Made by a program: the position numbers and the translations under genes. 64,000 bases of DNA from an uncultured Phycisphaerae bacterium (GTDB lineage: Bacteria; Planctomycetota; Phycisphaerae; Phycisphaerales; UBA1924): assembly GCA_947085435.1 (NCBI GenBank), contig CAMTWL010000031.1:76278-140277 (forward strand). The letters run 5' to 3'. The notes under the pieces were generated by a model that saw only the letters and a list, made by a program, of their open reading frames with translations, had not been told where the DNA came from and searched no databases. Positions 37,287 to 48,256 of the stretch are shown here, one piece after another; the stretch's first letter is position 1; each line of letters opens with the position of its first letter.

Positions 37287-40200
37287 TCAGAGGCAGTTGG
37301 TGTTGAAGTTCGCCAGCGTGGTGGTGATGTCGTTGAAGTCAACATCGCCGTCGTCGTCGGTGTCGCCGAGGCCCGTGCCGGGCGTGGGGAGGTAGTTGTT
37401 GCCGAAGTTGGCGAGGGTCGTGGTGATGTCGTTGAAGTCGACGTCGAGGTCATCGTCGGCGTCGCCCGGGCACAGCGGCGGGGCGGTGGGCCGGACCACG
37501 CCGTTGATCTTCACGTCGTCGATGTTCCAGCCGTGAAGGACGACCGAGCCGTCGGTTGTCCCCAGGTACCAGCGCAGGTAGACGGTCGGCTGGTTGTCCG
37601 CGACGGCGGAGATGTCGAAGGTGTGGAAGGACCAGGCGGTCTCGTTGAGGGTCGATCCGGCGTGGGCATAGAGGGTCGTCCACGTCGTGCCGTTGTTGGA
37701 GATTTCGATGCCCGCGCGGTCGAAGACGGCGCTCTCGATGCCGAGCCATCGGCGGTAGTCCATGCTGGTGAAGTACTTTCCGGTGAGGTCGATGGCGGGG
37801 GTCGTGGCGTTGATGCGCGGGAGGTTGTTGGTGTAGTCGCCCGCGAGGTTGTAGCCGACGACGTTGGTGCCCGTGAATCCGGCGGCGGGGTCGCCGCTGA
37901 GTCCCTGGGGAACGCCGTAGGCCCAGCCCGCGCCGAGCGTCCAGCCCGGATTGGTGTCCATGTTCCAGTTCACGATGACCTGCGGGGTTCCCACCCTGAC
38001 GGTGACGGTGGCGGTGCCCGAGTCGGTGAAGTCGTTGCACTTGTAGGTGAAGGAATCGGGGCCGACGTAGAGGGCGTTGGGCTTGTAGTTCGCGACCGCG
38101 CCGCCCGAGAGGAGGACATAGGGGACGGCGCTGATGATCCCGCCGTTGGGATCGCGGACGGTTCCGTTGGCCGGGAGCGAGAGGATGGTGTAGGTGAGGG
38201 GCGAGTTAGTAGTCGAGACGCCCTGGAGCGTGATCGGCGAGATGATGGTGTCGGGGACGGTGGCGGCGAAGTTCTTCGCGGTGGGCGGGCATGGGGCACC
38301 GCTCTGGGCGATCTTGAGTTTCCACTGGTCGAGGGTGCCGACGTCCGCGCCCGCGAGGTCTTGGACGCGCATGGTCCAGATTCCCTGCGCTCCCTGGCCG
38401 TTGAAATCGTTGAGCGAGCCGGGGCCGTCGGGGTTGACGACGCCCTGGTCGTAGGTTTTGTGGATGTTGTCGGCGCTGCCTCCGGTGCGGTTGTGGAGGC
38501 GGACGATGGTGCCCGAGGGGGCGGTGAGTTCAACGACGAGGTCGCCGATGAAGGTGTGGGTGAGGTCGAGTTGGACGTCGATGTCCCCGATGCAGAAGGC
38601 GTCGGCGACGTTGAGGGTGCTCGTGATGCCGGGGTTCGGGCTGTCGGGGATGAAGATCGGGGGGCCGCCGTAGGTGTAGGTGTAGCGTCCGACATCGAGG
38701 GTGACGGGGCGTGTGGTGCCGCCGCTGCCGCCCGAATCGTTGGTGAAGTTCACCGTTCCGATAGAGAGGCCCGCGCCGAGGGCGTTGGCGGCGGCGGAGA
38801 ACCCGGCGATGACAACGCGCGCATCGCCCGTTCCCGTAAGGGTGAACGACGAAGAGGCGAGGCCGTCGGCGGCGATCCACGGGGCGCTGCCCGCGACCGT
38901 GACGTTGACGGGTGTGGGCTTGGTGCTGGTGACGATGTAGGCCTGGGTTGCGGAGAAGGGTCCGCCGACGGGTCCGCCGCCGAGGAGGCCGGTCGCAGGC
39001 GTGACCGAGATTCCGGTGGTTCCGGCGTCGATGGAGTGATTGCGGGTGAACGGGATGCCGTTGGTCGTGTCCTGGAAGAGGACGGTGGTGAGGTAGAAGC
39101 CGGCGGGGAGCGACGAGGCCGAGGCATCAACCGCGATCGTGACCATCGTCGAGGTCATGCCGGCGAGCGTGCCCATCACGGGGCCTGCGCCGCCGTTCAT
39201 GGTGAGCGGGGCCGTGCCGCCGGGGACGAAGGAGACGCTGTAGTTGACGGGGGTGGGTGTGCTGTTGTTGAGGACATAGATGACGGAAGAAGGCGAGAAG
39301 GGACCGCCGAGAAGGCCGAGGTGGTTGGTGTCGCCGGCGGGGGCGACGTCGAGGCCCTTGCCGAGGGTGTCGACGAACATGGCACCGGTGCTGGTGGGGT
39401 CGAGCCAGTCGGAGAGTCGGGTGGCGGATGTGCCGCCGCCGATCCACGATCGGCTGACCCGGCCGTAGCAGTCCGAACGGTTTGCGCCGGTCTGCGAGCA
39501 GGCCGAAGGCCCGCCGTGGAGTTGTCCGATGATGCGTTGGTTGTTGTCGTAGAGGGGCGAGCCTGACGAGCCGGGCTCGGTGACGCCGAGCGACCAGTAA
39601 ACGCTGATGTGTGAGTTATCGCCGGGGCCGGGGGCGGCGCTGCAGCCCCACGATGAGCCGTGCGACGGCGCGAAGGAGCCGCCGAAGGTGTCGTAGAAGG
39701 AGATTCTTTTTTCGGCGACCTGCGGGTGATGGATGGCCGCGCCGCTGGCGGGGTTCAGCCCCTCGCGGCTCCAGCCCGCGAAGGTGACGCCCCACGCCGC
39801 GTTCGGCGCGGTGTTCACCTGCACGAGGCAGAAGTCGGAGACGGCGACCGCGGCGCGGAACGTCGCGCCGGAAGAGAACTGCGCGAGCGAGCCGTCGCCC
39901 GCGCCGCCGCTGTCGCCCGAGCCGGGGATGCGGCAGTAGGAGTTCTGGAAGTTCCAGTAGATGACCATGGTGCCCGCGTCGCCCGCGTCGATGCCGCAGT
40001 GGTTGGCGGTCAGGAAGTAAGGCGTCCGGTTGTTCGACGTGTTGTTGACCATCGAGCCGGAGCAGGTGTCCGAGCCGTTGAGCGTGTACGCGCCCGCGGC
40101 GTCGATCTCGTCCGCCCAGGGGTTGCCTTCCGGGCATTCGACATCGACGTTGCACGAGCCGGAGGTGCCGCGCTCATCGTCGGGTGCGGCGCTCGAACCA

Positions 40201-40802
40201 AATCGACGGAATCCCGAGCCGATCTGTCCCAGGCGCAGGCGCATCTCGGCGATCCGCTTCTCGGGGATCAGCACCTCGATGACGACCTCGTCCGAGTTCA
40301 GGATGGGAGTCCAGAGTTGGCTCGCCGGGGTGTTGTCGGCGGAGGTGAAGGGGCGGATGACCTCCGCGCCGTCGGGCGTCAGGATGGTCATCGACGCGCC
40401 GGGAGGCATGTGATAGTCGGTGAAGCCGAGGTTGATCGAGAGCGCGCCGTCCGAGCCGACGCGGAGGCGCCACATGTGGGTGCCGTCTTTCAGAACTTCC
40501 CAGGTGCCGGCGTTCTCGGGCGAGTAGTTGACGCGGACGGGGATCGCAAAGCGCAGGGGGAGGCCGACCTCGACATTGCGGTTGGATTGCTCCATCGCGG
40601 CGGCGAAGTCGAGTTCGTCGGTCTGCACCTTGTCCACGTCCTTGAGCCCCCGGACATCCTCCGAGAGCGACATCGGGCGCGCTTCGGGGCTGACGCCGAC
40701 GGAGGCATACGGCTGCTCCGCCCAGGTCACGCCCGACAGCAAGGCCACCACCGCTGCGGATGAGCACACGCGGCGCCACGCACGAGAAACACTTTGCATC
40801 AC
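37287..40802 (-). CDS. secreted multidomain serine endopeptidase: trypsin-like S1 domain plus proprotein-convertase P-domain, with two C-terminal dockerin-like repeats
   Basis: 1171 aa with a signal peptide. The catalytic-His motif LTANHCG and catalytic-Ser motif EPGSSGSPLYD of lysyl-endopeptidase-like S1 peptidases. P-domain (FIGDLVVELTAPSGT...WTMRVQD). C-terminal DxDVDFNDITTTLANF repeated twice. Confidence 0.8.
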   Translation of the reverse strand: MMQSVSRAWRRVCSSAAVVALLSGVTWAEQPYASVGVSPEARPMSLSEDVRGLKDVDKVQTDELDFAAAMEQSNRNVEVGLPLRFAIPVRVNYSPENAGTWEVLKDGTHMWRLRVGSDGALSINLGFTDYHMPPGASMTILTPDGAEVIRPFTSADNTPASQLWTPILNSDEVVIEVLIPEKRIAEMRLRLGQIGSGFRRFGSSAAPDDERGTSGSCNVDVECPEGNPWADEIDAAGAYTLNGSDTCSGSMVNNTSNNRTPYFLTANHCGIDAGDAGTMVIYWNFQNSYCRIPGSGDSGGAGDGSLAQFSSGATFRAAVAVSDFCLVQVNTAPNAAWGVTFAGWSREGLNPASGAAIHHPQVAEKRISFYDTFGGSFAPSHGSSWGCSAAPGPGDNSHISVYWSLGVTEPGSSGSPLYDNNQRIIGQLHGGPSACSQTGANRSDCYGRVSRSWIGGGTSATRLSDWLDPTSTGAMFVDTLGKGLDVAPAGDTNHLGLLGGPFSPSSVIYVLNNSTPTPVNYSVSFVPGGTAPLTMNGGAGPVMGTLAGMTSTMVTIAVDASASSLPAGFYLTTVLFQDTTNGIPFTRNHSIDAGTTGISVTPATGLLGGGPVGGPFSATQAYIVTSTKPTPVNVTVAGSAPWIAADGLASSSFTLTGTGDARVVIAGFSAAANALGAGLSIGTVNFTNDSGGSGGTTRPVTLDVGRYTYTYGGPPIFIPDSPNPGITSTLNVADAFCIGDIDVQLDLTHTFIGDLVVELTAPSGTIVRLHNRTGGSADNIHKTYDQGVVNPDGPGSLNDFNGQGAQGIWTMRVQDLAGADVGTLDQWKLKIAQSGAPCPPTAKNFAATVPDTIISPITLQGVSTTNSPLTYTILSLPANGTVRDPNGGIISAVPYVLLSGGAVANYKPNALYVGPDSFTYKCNDFTDSGTATVTVRVGTPQVIVNWNMDTNPGWTLGAGWAYGVPQGLSGDPAAGFTGTNVVGYNLAGDYTNNLPRINATTPAIDLTGKYFTSMDYRRWLGIESAVFDRAGIEISNNGTTWTTLYAHAGSTLNETAWSFHTFDISAVADNQPTVYLRWYLGTTDGSVVLHGWNIDDVKINGVVRPTAPPLCPGDADDDLDVDFNDITTTLANFGNNYLPTPGTGLGDTDDDGDVDFNDITTTLANFNTNCL

Positions 40803-41051
40803 ATCAATCTCCCGGTCGAGCGCGGCGTGCCCGGGGTGAACAACACCCCAAGCCCGGCCCGACCCGTTCCAAAATAAATCCCTTCCTCAAGGCAGCCAGA
40901 CCGCCCGTCCGCCTTCCGTCCGGTGTTCAGTATGCAGCGGATTGGCCGATATGCAACGGCGGAAAGGCCGGATAGCGGTCGAAACTCAACTTTTTTGACC
41001 CAATTTCGGGCGGAGGTCGTCACCCAGTGTCAGCCCCGGTCGCATTTTTGG

Positions 41052-41168
41052 TGGTGTCTCAGTTTGGAGTGGCACGGGCTTTCTCGGAGAGTCGCCGCGG
41101 AGACCAGACCGTGTCGGCTCGCCTCACGGTCGCCGCGGCGACCGTGCCACATTCAAACTGAGAAACCA
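41052..41168. repeat. family-C element with TIR-like ends GGTGTCTCAGTTTGGAGTGGCAC / GTGCCACATTCAAACTGAGAAACC
   Basis: Read directly. The internal palindrome core is GAGAGTCGCCGCGGAG...GTCGCCGCGGCGACC. Confidence 0.8.
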
Positions 41169-41300
41169 CCTGCGCCGACGCGTGCTTCTCCGCCCAGGCC
41201 AATGGTTATGGGCCGCCCCCGCGATCTCCAGAGCGAACCGGAGCCGGAGAGGGCGACCGCTCCGGCCCCCCGGGGGCACCGGGGCGCTGCGCGATGGCGA

Positions 41301-41460
41301 GATCGGTGGGCACCCATTCCGTGAACTCGTGCCGGTGCCAGGAGTGCGGGGAACACCGATTTCGCAAAGCCGGAATCGGTGGCACGGGGAAATACAATCG
41401 GAGCCACCCGCCGAGACCGCACCACCGACCCGCGGCGGGATCGGTGGTGGCACCCATCGG
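41301..41460. repeat. three spaced direct repeats of ATCGGTGGNCACSC in the upstream region of the protease gene
   Basis: gatcggtgggcacccattcc (41301), aatcggtggcacggggaaat (41374) and gatcggtggtggcacccatcgg (41438), spaced about 70 bp apart. Confidence 0.5.
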
Positions 41461-41522
41461 GACTGACCGCCCCCGGGGGTTCCACCCCACGACGCACGCA
41501 CGAGTTTCACCGGGGATGCGTC

Positions 41523-42290
41523 TCAGTCCGGAAGAAGCAGATCGTCCTCTTCCTCGCTGAAGAACCGCAGGTGCGTGTCGAGGGTGTGCGGCGTGACGCT
41601 TGTGCCGTCGCGGATTTCGTCGGCTCCTTCGCCGTCGCCGTTCTCGCCGTATTCGTTGTGGTGATAGATGTTCGGATCGCTCTGATCGGCGACCGATCGT
41701 GTTTTCCAGAAGAGGGCGTGGCCGTCGGTCCAGGCGAGGCACTGGCCGAGGCCGTTCCACGCGGCGGACATGGTCTTTCCATCGGAGTAGTTGGCGCGGT
41801 CGCCCATGAAGACGCGGGCGCGGGTGCTCCGATCGCGCTTCGGATCGTTGTCGTAGGAGAACGAGCAGTGCCACATGACGGAGGCGATGTTCTGGGGGCC
41901 GATCTCGGTTTCCGGATGCACTTCCTGTTCGAGGAGGCGCACGAGCAGCGGCCGCCCTTTGGAGTCGAAGAACTTTGACGGCTCATCGGTGGTGGCGGGG
42001 TTGACGAATGCATCGCTCGGGACATCGTTGTATTTGGCGAGAACGCTCAGGCCCAGCACGGCCTTCTCCTCGGGATCGTCGCGCACGGGCGGCACGCCGC
42101 GGAAGTCGTTCGCGTAGGCCTGCACGCCGACGCTCAGGTCGCGGAGATTCGAGAGCGTGGCGGTGATGCGGGCGGAGAGGCGCGCGCGGCCGAGTGCGGG
42201 GAGCAGGACGGCGATGAGGATGGCGATGATCGCGATGACGACGAGGAGTTCGATGAGGGTGAACCCGCGTCCGCGCCGATCGGATTCCAT
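41523..42290 (-). CDS. DUF1559/prepilin-type N-terminal cleavage-methylation domain protein (pseudopilin-like, planctomycete-type)
   Basis: 255 aa from ATG 42290, starting [34 protein letters not shown]-terminal DGH...DG region. Confidence 0.75.
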   Translation of the reverse strand: MESDRRGRGFTLIELLVVIAIIAILIAVLLPALGRARLSARITATLSNLRDLSVGVQAYANDFRGVPPVRDDPEEKAVLGLSVLAKYNDVPSDAFVNPATTDEPSKFFDSKGRPLLVRLLEQEVHPETEIGPQNIASVMWHCSFSYDNDPKRDRSTRARVFMGDRANYSDGKTMSAAWNGLGQCLAWTDGHALFWKTRSVADQSDPNIYHHNEYGENGDGEGADEIRDGTSVTPHTLDTHLRFFSEEEDDLLLPD

Positions 42291-42412
42291 GCGGCGGCCG
42301 CTTGTGACACCGATTGGTACATGCAACATGAGTGCATTATTGGCCCCGGCGGATCGTCTGTCAACCCGAGGCCGCGAGAGAGGCCGTTACAATCATCGGG
42401 CCGGTAGGATGA

Positions 42413-43537
<1,125 letters not shown>

Positions 43538-43606
43538 ACTTCGGCGGAGCTGCGGCGTTTTGGCGGCAGTCGATCGGCGGACCAGGTTGGCGCACAACTT
43601 TGAGTG

Positions 43607-43734
43607 GTTGACGTGGCACGGGCTTTCCAGCCCGTGTCTTCGGTGGTACGGGCTTTCTCGGAGAGTCGCCGCGGCGACCGTGACGCGGGGGACACGGGCT
43701 AGAAAGCCCGTGCCACATTCAAACTGAGACACCA
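43607..43734. repeat. family-C element flanked by 14-bp direct repeats CACAACTTTGAGTG
   Basis: Direct repeats at 43593-43606 and 43735-43748. The internal sequence is gtggcacgggctttccagcccgtg...gagagtcgccgcggcgaccg...gtgccacattcaaactgagacac. Confidence 0.8.
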
Positions 43735-43811
43735 CACAACTTTGAGTGTTCGGGTCTTGGTGAACACGATTTTCATCTATTCGCAAATATTTTCTGAAAA
43801 TGACTTGACAG

Positions 43812-43839
43812 CCCCCCCCCCCCCCGGGGTAGGGGGGGG
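43812..43839. repeat. homopolymeric C14-GGGG-TA-G8 tract immediately downstream of a perfect TTGACA -35 hexamer
   Basis: ttgaca g cccccccccccccc gggg ta gggggggg c atagaaaggag, with ATG at 43858. Confidence 0.85.
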
Positions 43840-43857
43840 CATAGAAAGGAGACTTTC

Positions 43858-44172
43858 ATGAACAAGTCTCAGTCTTCAGCGTGGTTGTTCTCGCGTGGGT
43901 TGCCGGCGGCGGTCGTCGTCTTCTCGGTGGGTTCGATGGGCATGTCGCTGTCGAGCGATCCCTTCATGCCGGTGGACGAGGTGGTGGCAGCCGATGACTG
44001 CTCTTTCTGCTTCACGGAGGGTGAGTTCACCGCGTGCCACACGAAGACCGGCGGGTGCGCGTCGAACGAAGTCTGCAGCGGCACGGGCGGACGGCTTCCC
44101 AATGGAATGCCTTGGGCTGAGGCGAGATGCGTTCCCAGGCCGACTGAACACATGCCCGTCGTCGGGGGTTAG
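43858..44172 (+). CDS. small secreted Cys-rich protein (6 Cys), unknown function
   Basis: 104 aa, AAAGGAG SD, N-terminal hydrophobic signal. Cys/Ser/Thr/Gly-rich core DDCSFCFTEGEFTACHTKTGGCASNEVCSGTGG. Confidence 0.5.
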   Translation: MNKSQSSAWLFSRGLPAAVVVFSVGSMGMSLSSDPFMPVDEVVAADDCSFCFTEGEFTACHTKTGGCASNEVCSGTGGRLPNGMPWAEARCVPRPTEHMPVVGG

Positions 44173-44256
44173 ACGGTGTGTGCGCGAGCCCCTTCTCGCG
44201 AGCGATCCGCATCGAAGGTTGCGCGCTGCTCACTCGAATCATCCTCGGAGCATTTG

Positions 44257-45027
44257 ATGAAAGCCAAGGGCAGGCTGACAGCGATCATCGTTGGCATATG
44301 CGTGGTCGGAGCGGTTTATTACTTTCTCCGCGGACGAGCGGCCGTGCCCTCCCCCGTTGCGCACGCTCCGACACCGGGCGTCGAAACACATCTTCTCGGT
44401 TCCGCCAACATCATCGAGCCGTACGATGAGCAGGAGGTTCCCGACCTCGTTTTGCAGTTCCGAGTCTCCTGCCTCGCGTCCTGCCGAGACCTGATCGGCG
44501 AGGCTCGGCTCGACAGCGCTTCGATGGAATCCTTCTGCGACGCCGCTTCGGAACGCCTCCGTCTGTATCTGGCCCCTTCCTATGATGCCTACCGAGAGTA
44601 TGTCAAGCGCCTGACGGGGCGCGATCCGGAAGGCTCGGGCGCGACGAATATCTTCTCCAAGCGGGGGGACTTCGAGGGGATGACGAGCGGCATGAGGCTG
44701 CTGCCGTTCGACCCCGCGAGCGTTCATGTCCGGGCGGTCTTCATCGGAGGCCGCTCCGTCGCTCCGCTGACCGCCGACGCGTCGTACACCCCTGATTCCG
44801 GCCTTTTTTTCAGCGCCGTCGGTCAGGAGCCCAAGAAGGCCCGGGCCACGATCTATGAAGTTCTCGTTCCGGTGGAAGCACGCGATCCGTTCCATCCCGA
44901 CACTCGGTTTTCACTCGTCCTCGGCATGGCCTTTGTCCGCGAGTTGGACGGGCGGTGGAAGCCATGGCAGATGTCGTTCCACGATCCGAGCGGCGTGAAG
45001 CGGATCACTGGTTCGCCCTGGCTGTGA
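44257..45027 (+). CDS. N-terminally membrane-anchored hypothetical protein
   Basis: 256 aa from ATG 44257. LTAIIVGICVVGAVYYFL single TM. No family. Confidence 0.45.
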   Translation: MKAKGRLTAIIVGICVVGAVYYFLRGRAAVPSPVAHAPTPGVETHLLGSANIIEPYDEQEVPDLVLQFRVSCLASCRDLIGEARLDSASMESFCDAASERLRLYLAPSYDAYREYVKRLTGRDPEGSGATNIFSKRGDFEGMTSGMRLLPFDPASVHVRAVFIGGRSVAPLTADASYTPDSGLFFSAVGQEPKKARATIYEVLVPVEARDPFHPDTRFSLVLGMAFVRELDGRWKPWQMSFHDPSGVKRITGSPWL

Positions 45028-45057
45028 CCGGAGGGGATCATGAAGCACGCGCTCCCT

Positions 45058-45301
45058 GTAACTCTTCAGCGGAATGCAACGACCGTTTCTCCAAACGGGC
45101 CTGTGGTGTTTGGTTCCGATCGAGTGGCACCCCTTCGGGGTTCGGAAGAGGGTGCGTGGGGTTGCTTTCCGGGGGTGTCGCGGACTCCACCCCCGGCTAC
45201 TGTAGACCAGCCCTTCGGGCTGAAAACAAAGGCATTTCAAGAGCGCACGAACCTCGGGTCGCCGCAGCGACTCGTAGATTTGCAACCGGCTGAAGAGTTA
45301 C
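45058..45301. mobile_element. full-length MITE (244 bp, TIR GTAACTCTTCAGCGG...CCGGCTGAAGAGTTAC)
   Basis: Colinear with 34057-34294, and inverted relative to the copy at 54811-55032. Flanks cgctccct | ... | ctctccct (7/8 TSD). Confidence 0.8.
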
Positions 45302-45309
45302 CTCTCCCT

Positions 45310-46231
<922 letters not shown>

Positions 46232-46239
46232 TCTGAGGT

Positions 46240-46310
46240 ATTCACCACGGAGTCAAAGATCCGCCGCGGCGGGGCACGGAGAGCACGGAGTAATACAGAT
46301 CACACTTCGA
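46240..46310. repeat. family-A arm (solo)
   Basis: ggtattcaccacggagtcaaagatccgccgcggcggggcacggagagcacggag. Confidence 0.6.
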
Positions 46311-46324
46311 CCCCGCGCGAGGTC

Positions 46325-46412
46325 GTGATCGGAGCGTCGGTAGCCGACGCCCCCTCCGCCCTCGAAGACTCGGGCACCTCCCCCGCTGGGAGCGGGGGAG
46401 GAGGCTCAGACA
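46325..46412. repeat. direct repeat copy 1 (about 90 bp, with CTCCCCCGC-tggga-GCGGGGGAG hairpin) upstream of the flotillin gene
   Basis: cgtcggtagccgacgccccctccgccctcgaagactcgggcacctcccccgctgggagcgggggaggaggctcagacaccgcgcgagg, with a second copy at 48257-48360. Confidence 0.8.
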
Positions 46413-46484
46413 CCGCGCGAGGAACAACTGGGATTCGTGTAAGATGGTGAGGTTCAGTTCTCCGGCGGGGAAAGGGGCTTGGCC

Positions 46485-48116
46485 ATGGGCTATATCTCGA
46501 TTGTCATCGGCGCGTTGGTCGCGGGGGCGCTGCTCAGCACTGTTCAGCGGCTCCCGACCTCGAGCGCCCGCGGGGCCGTCGCGGGGTTGTCTCTCCTTGT
46601 CTTTGCGCTCGGCGTGCTTCTCTCGTCGATCCGCTACGTTCCCGACGATCGAATGGGGGTGGTCAGCAAGAACGCGCTCGGGCCGCAACTTCCGCCCGAG
46701 AAGATCATCGCGACGTCGGGCGAGATGGGGCCTCAGGCGCGGGTTCTCCCGCCGGGCTGGCACCTCTGGTACTGGCCCGTCATCTTCGACATCGAGACCC
46801 ACTCGGTCACCGTGATCGACGCGGGGCAACTGGGCCTCATCAAGACAAGCGACGGCCTGCCGCTCCCGGAGGGGCAGATTTACGCGCCGGAATGGGACCC
46901 CGCGACGTTCCAGCAGATGCTTGATGCGCAGCATTTTCTGACGGCGGGGAAGGGGTTCAAGGGCCCGCAGGCCGCCGTCCTGACGCCCGGAACCTACCGC
47001 CTCAACCCCAGACTGTACGAGATCAAGAAGGTCCCGGTGACGAATATCTCCCCCGCGAGCGTGGGGGTGGTCAAGGCGAACGTAGGAGAGACGCCGCCGG
47101 CGGATCGTCAGGGGCACGGGCTGCTGGTGGACAAGGGGCAGCGGGGGGTGTGGCGCGAGCCGTTGTCGCCGCAGCAGTACTACCTCAACAGCGAGGCGTA
47201 CGAGGTGACGGTGATCTCGACGAAGGCGCACGTCGTTGAATACACGGCCCAGCGCGGCCCGGCGAACCAGCGCGAGATGGGCGGCGAGATCGGCGAACGC
47301 GAGATACAGGTCCGTTCCGCCGACGGGTTCACCTTCCCCGTGGACGTGCGGGTCGAGTACCTGATCGACACGCAGAACGCGCCGCTGGTGGTGGCGACGC
47401 TGAAGGACGATCAGGATTCGTTGCAGCAGGTGCTGAACTCCGCAGTGCGCGCGATCTTCCGCAACTCGGCGGAGCGCGTGAAGGCCCTCGACTATGTGCA
47501 GCAGCGGTCGCAGCAGGAGAAGCAGGCCCTCGAAGCCCTCTCGAAGGAGATGAGCAAGTACGGCGTGACCGTCGCCGCCGTCCGCATCGGCAACATCGGC
47601 GATGAGCAGAGCCTCGGCCTGCTGCTCAAAACCCAGACTGATCGCGAGATCGCGCAGCAGGAGCAGCGGACGTTCCAGGAGCAGCAGAAGGCCGCGGAGC
47701 AGAAGAAGGCGCTGACCCGCACCGTTCAGGAAGCGGAGGAAGAGAAGCGTCTGGCGACGGCCAACTACCAGACCAAGATCGCCGAGCAGGAGAAGATCAG
47801 GAAGATCATCGAGGCGAACGCGGAGGCGGAGTCCATTCTGGTCAAGGCGGAGGCGCAGTCGAAGGCGTTTGCGTCGATCGCGAAGGAGATCGGGCGGAGC
47901 AACTCCGCGTTGCTCGAACTGATGAAGATCGTGGGCGAGCGCGGGATCCAGATCACGCCGAGGGTGATGATCTCGGGGCAGGTGGCCGGGGGGCAATCGC
48001 CGGAGACGGTGGCGCTGATCGGGACGATGCTGGACTCGATGATGGATCGCGCGCCCGCGGACCCGGGGTTGCCGGCGGCGGCGGGGACGGCTCCCGCCGG
48101 GCCGAAGCAACCGTAG
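46485..48116 (+). CDS. SPFH/band-7 flotillin-like protein (YqiK/FloT family)
   Basis: 544 aa. N-terminal TM, SPFH domain, and a long Glu/Gln/Ala/Lys-rich coiled-coil 'flotillin' region. Confidence 0.75.
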   Translation: MGYISIVIGALVAGALLSTVQRLPTSSARGAVAGLSLLVFALGVLLSSIRYVPDDRMGVVSKNALGPQLPPEKIIATSGEMGPQARVLPPGWHLWYWPVIFDIETHSVTVIDAGQLGLIKTSDGLPLPEGQIYAPEWDPATFQQMLDAQHFLTAGKGFKGPQAAVLTPGTYRLNPRLYEIKKVPVTNISPASVGVVKANVGETPPADRQGHGLLVDKGQRGVWREPLSPQQYYLNSEAYEVTVISTKAHVVEYTAQRGPANQREMGGEIGEREIQVRSADGFTFPVDVRVEYLIDTQNAPLVVATLKDDQDSLQQVLNSAVRAIFRNSAERVKALDYVQQRSQQEKQALEALSKEMSKYGVTVAAVRIGNIGDEQSLGLLLKTQTDREIAQQEQRTFQEQQKAAEQKKALTRTVQEAEEEKRLATANYQTKIAEQEKIRKIIEANAEAESILVKAEAQSKAFASIAKEIGRSNSALLELMKIVGERGIQITPRVMISGQVAGGQSPETVALIGTMLDSMMDRAPADPGLPAAAGTAPAGPKQP

Positions 48117-48131
48117 TGCGGCCTCGGTTCA

Positions 48132-48188
48132 GGTGGAGCAGGCATCTCGAAGAGTCGCCGCGGAGACTCTTCGAGATGCCTGCACCAC
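48132..48188. repeat. near-perfect 57-bp palindrome (family-C core)
   Basis: ggtggagcaggcatctcgaagagtcgccgcggagactcttcgagatgcctgcaccac. Confidence 0.85.
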
Positions 48189-48256
48189 ACCGAACCGCGG
48201 CACATGAACTGATACGGATTCCATTTCGATCATGCGCGAAGTTGTGATTGAAGCGT

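Noticed and set aside
36449-40802. Multiple alternative-frame ORFs (37212-39566 plus, 37450-38040 minus, 37970-38695 minus and others) inside the protease gene.
   Set aside because: The 1171-aa frame has clear S1 and P-domain motifs and a signal peptide. The others are GC-artefact shadows.
45040-45309. ATG-initiated N-terminal extension of the DUF1559 gene reading through the MITE in frame.
   Set aside because: The prepilin leader would be about 100 aa and made of repeat sequence. A start at TTG 45310 just before the FTLIELL motif is more plausible, though unverified.
46242-48110. 622-aa minus-strand ORF.
   Set aside because: It is antisense to the flotillin gene and shows the reverse-complement low-complexity of coiled-coil codons.
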